From NCBI RefSeq assembly GCF_006345805.1, contig NC_043011.1, forward strand, positions 20,348,464 to 20,412,463: a stretch of DNA of 64,000 nt. The letters run 5' to 3'. A program made the translations under genes and the position numbers. This stretch comes from Octopus sinensis. Lineage: Eukaryota. Below, piece by piece: positions 62,305 through 64,000 of the stretch (position 1 is the stretch's first letter; each line of letters starts with the position of its first letter). Below the pieces are notes generated by a model that ran no database searches, was not told where the DNA came from, and worked only from the letters and a program-made list of their open reading frames with translations.

Positions 62305-63260
62305 TTAGCCTGAGTCTAAGAGGCAATGTTCTACAGTCTGTCTAAGAGGAGCAATTCCACAACATTCAAAAGCACGCTTTATAGTTTCTTTATTCAAAGT
62401 GGTAACAGCTTGGGTCGCAAAGTTCACTATCTCTTGATAAGAAGGTTTTTTACGACACCCTTTATTTGTATACTCCTTTTTGCCGTTTGAAAACCAATTC
62501 TCCCATTCAGCACGAAGAGTTTTCTTGAAAAGACCAATAATTGATACATCTAATGGCTGCAAGTAAGATGTTGTTTTAGGAGGTATAAGTTTGAGAATTG
62601 TATTCCTACGTTTGAACACTTCTCGGAGCTCTGTTTTCTTGTGCACTGAGCATTCATCCATGAATAGTACTGAATTTTGAGCATGGAATAGTTGTGCTGT
62701 TCTCTTCCCAAACACTTTGTCAGCCCACACCTGCATGAGTTCATATGTGATTGATCCCCTGTTGGAGACTGTTATGTAAATATTCTTTGGGATCTTGATT
62801 TTAGGCACGTTTTTTAATCCTTTAAGGATAATCATTGTTTTCAACACCTTTCCTGCAGCATTAACACACAACACAGCAGTAAAACGGGCTTTGGTAGCAC
62901 CACAGTGGCTAGCATCTACATTTTTATTGCCAGAAAAGTCTATGGTTGTTGAACTAAACATGCCAACGTTGTTTTAGGTGTTTCGTTCATATTATAAATC
63001 TGGCCAGCATCCTTATCTGCTGTTAATACTGGAATGATATCTAAATAGTCACTGGCGATTTGTGTTTTTTCTCCGAGTGTTTTATTGTCTGCTTGATCAA
63101 CATGTGTAATCTTTCTCACAGTCAGTTTATTCCGTTTCATAAAATTGAAAATCCATTTATCAGAACATCTAAAGCTGTTCATTCCAATTCCAAACCTTTT
63201 TACTAATTCAAAAGCATATTCCCGTAAACGGCGATAATTTACAATTATATTGTTTGCACG
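62305..63260 (-). pseudogene. pogo-superfamily (DDE_1/CENP-B-like) transposase, frameshifted, DD35D spacing
   Basis: FRCSDKWIFNFMKRN, NMNETP (first D mutated), RFTAVLCVNAAG, FMDECSVH-35 aa-(QPL)DV. Confidence 0.88.
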
Positions 63261-63579
63261 CTGAACAACAATCCATTATAAGAGTTCAATCTCTAGACCT
63301 CTATGTGCTGGTCCTCTACCTCCACTGGTTTTCAAAAATAGAAATATTCATATTTCATAGTCTCTCTAAAGGAGACTACGGTAGTGGTACTGGATATTAT
63401 AGTTATCGCCAAGCTAACATGGCAGTCCAGAAAAATAGGACGAATTTTTTTTATTTTTGTTTCATCCCCAATAATCAAAAAAATCAAAAATCTAAGACCC
63501 ATTACTCTAAACAACTCCATTTTTCTGCTGCAACCATGATATACTGTTGTACATTTAACCAGTGTGTCTTCTCTAACTA

Positions 63580-64000
63580 TTGAGTTGTCCGGAAAGTTCG
63601 TGCCGATTTTTAAAGGAAAGAAAAAGGTCAATAAATACTTGCCATTACATTTTCAATCAACCAAATATGAACCATTTTGTTGCACAATGCATCTCCATCT
63701 TTCCTTTAACTTGAAAATACCCTCATCCAAGAACTGAGGTGGTTTCATGGCAAAGAGATCATCAAGGTATCTTTTTACGTCACCCAAAGAATTGAAATTT
63801 TTACCATTAAGACTATTCTGCAGAGACCTGAATAAGTGGAAATCCGAAGGAGCAATATCTGGTAAATATGGCGGGTGGGGTAACACATCCCAGCCGAGCT
63901 GCAGCAATTTTTGTCTGGTTCCTAAAGCATCAAGTGACGAAAATGAACTTTCTTATCTTCCATTTTAAAGGGTTACAGAATTAACACAGGTTATAGGAAC
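63580..64000 (-). mobile_element. Internally deleted mariner element running off the window
   Basis: TA|TTGAGTTGTCCGGAAAG TIR at 63580; C-terminus LGWDVLPHPPYLPDIAPSDFHLFRSL..RWRCIVQQNGSYLVD*; N-terminus MEDKKVHFRHLML (ATG at 63963) fused directly to it. Confidence 0.88.

Overview
AT-rich eukaryotic, repeat-saturated window with no recognisable host protein-coding exon. The SINE families and TTAGGG motif suggest an octopus/cephalopod; this is recalled, not verified. Almost all short ORFs in the track are microsatellite or SINE artefacts. (1) 38558-49854 is an 11.3-kb head-to-tail array of a young non-autonomous Ty3/Gypsy-type LTR element on the minus strand. It has 4 shared ~1.3-kb LTRs, 3 ~2.0-kb internal regions, intact tRNA-Leu PBS and PPT in every unit, and one ATAT TSD. 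Stitching the three copies gives one continuous ~630-codon ORF that ends in a reverse-transcriptase remnant with the catalytic palm deleted. (2) Several short, unrelated elements, mostly embedded in (AT)n runs and several of them fold-backs, carry minimal type-I hammerhead ribozyme motifs with palindromic helix III. These include one fully canonical core (52750-52821) and compensatory U3-A8 and G3-C8 variants, which points to non-autonomous Penelope-like elements. (3) The background is four tRNA-derived SINE families, a Merlin-like MITE family (4 copies), two Helitron-type elements, decayed Tc1/TRT, mariner, maT and pogo transposases, and CR1-, RTE-, R4- and Tx1-like LINE fragments. Two local templated-insertion events and one twin-priming inversion are visible.
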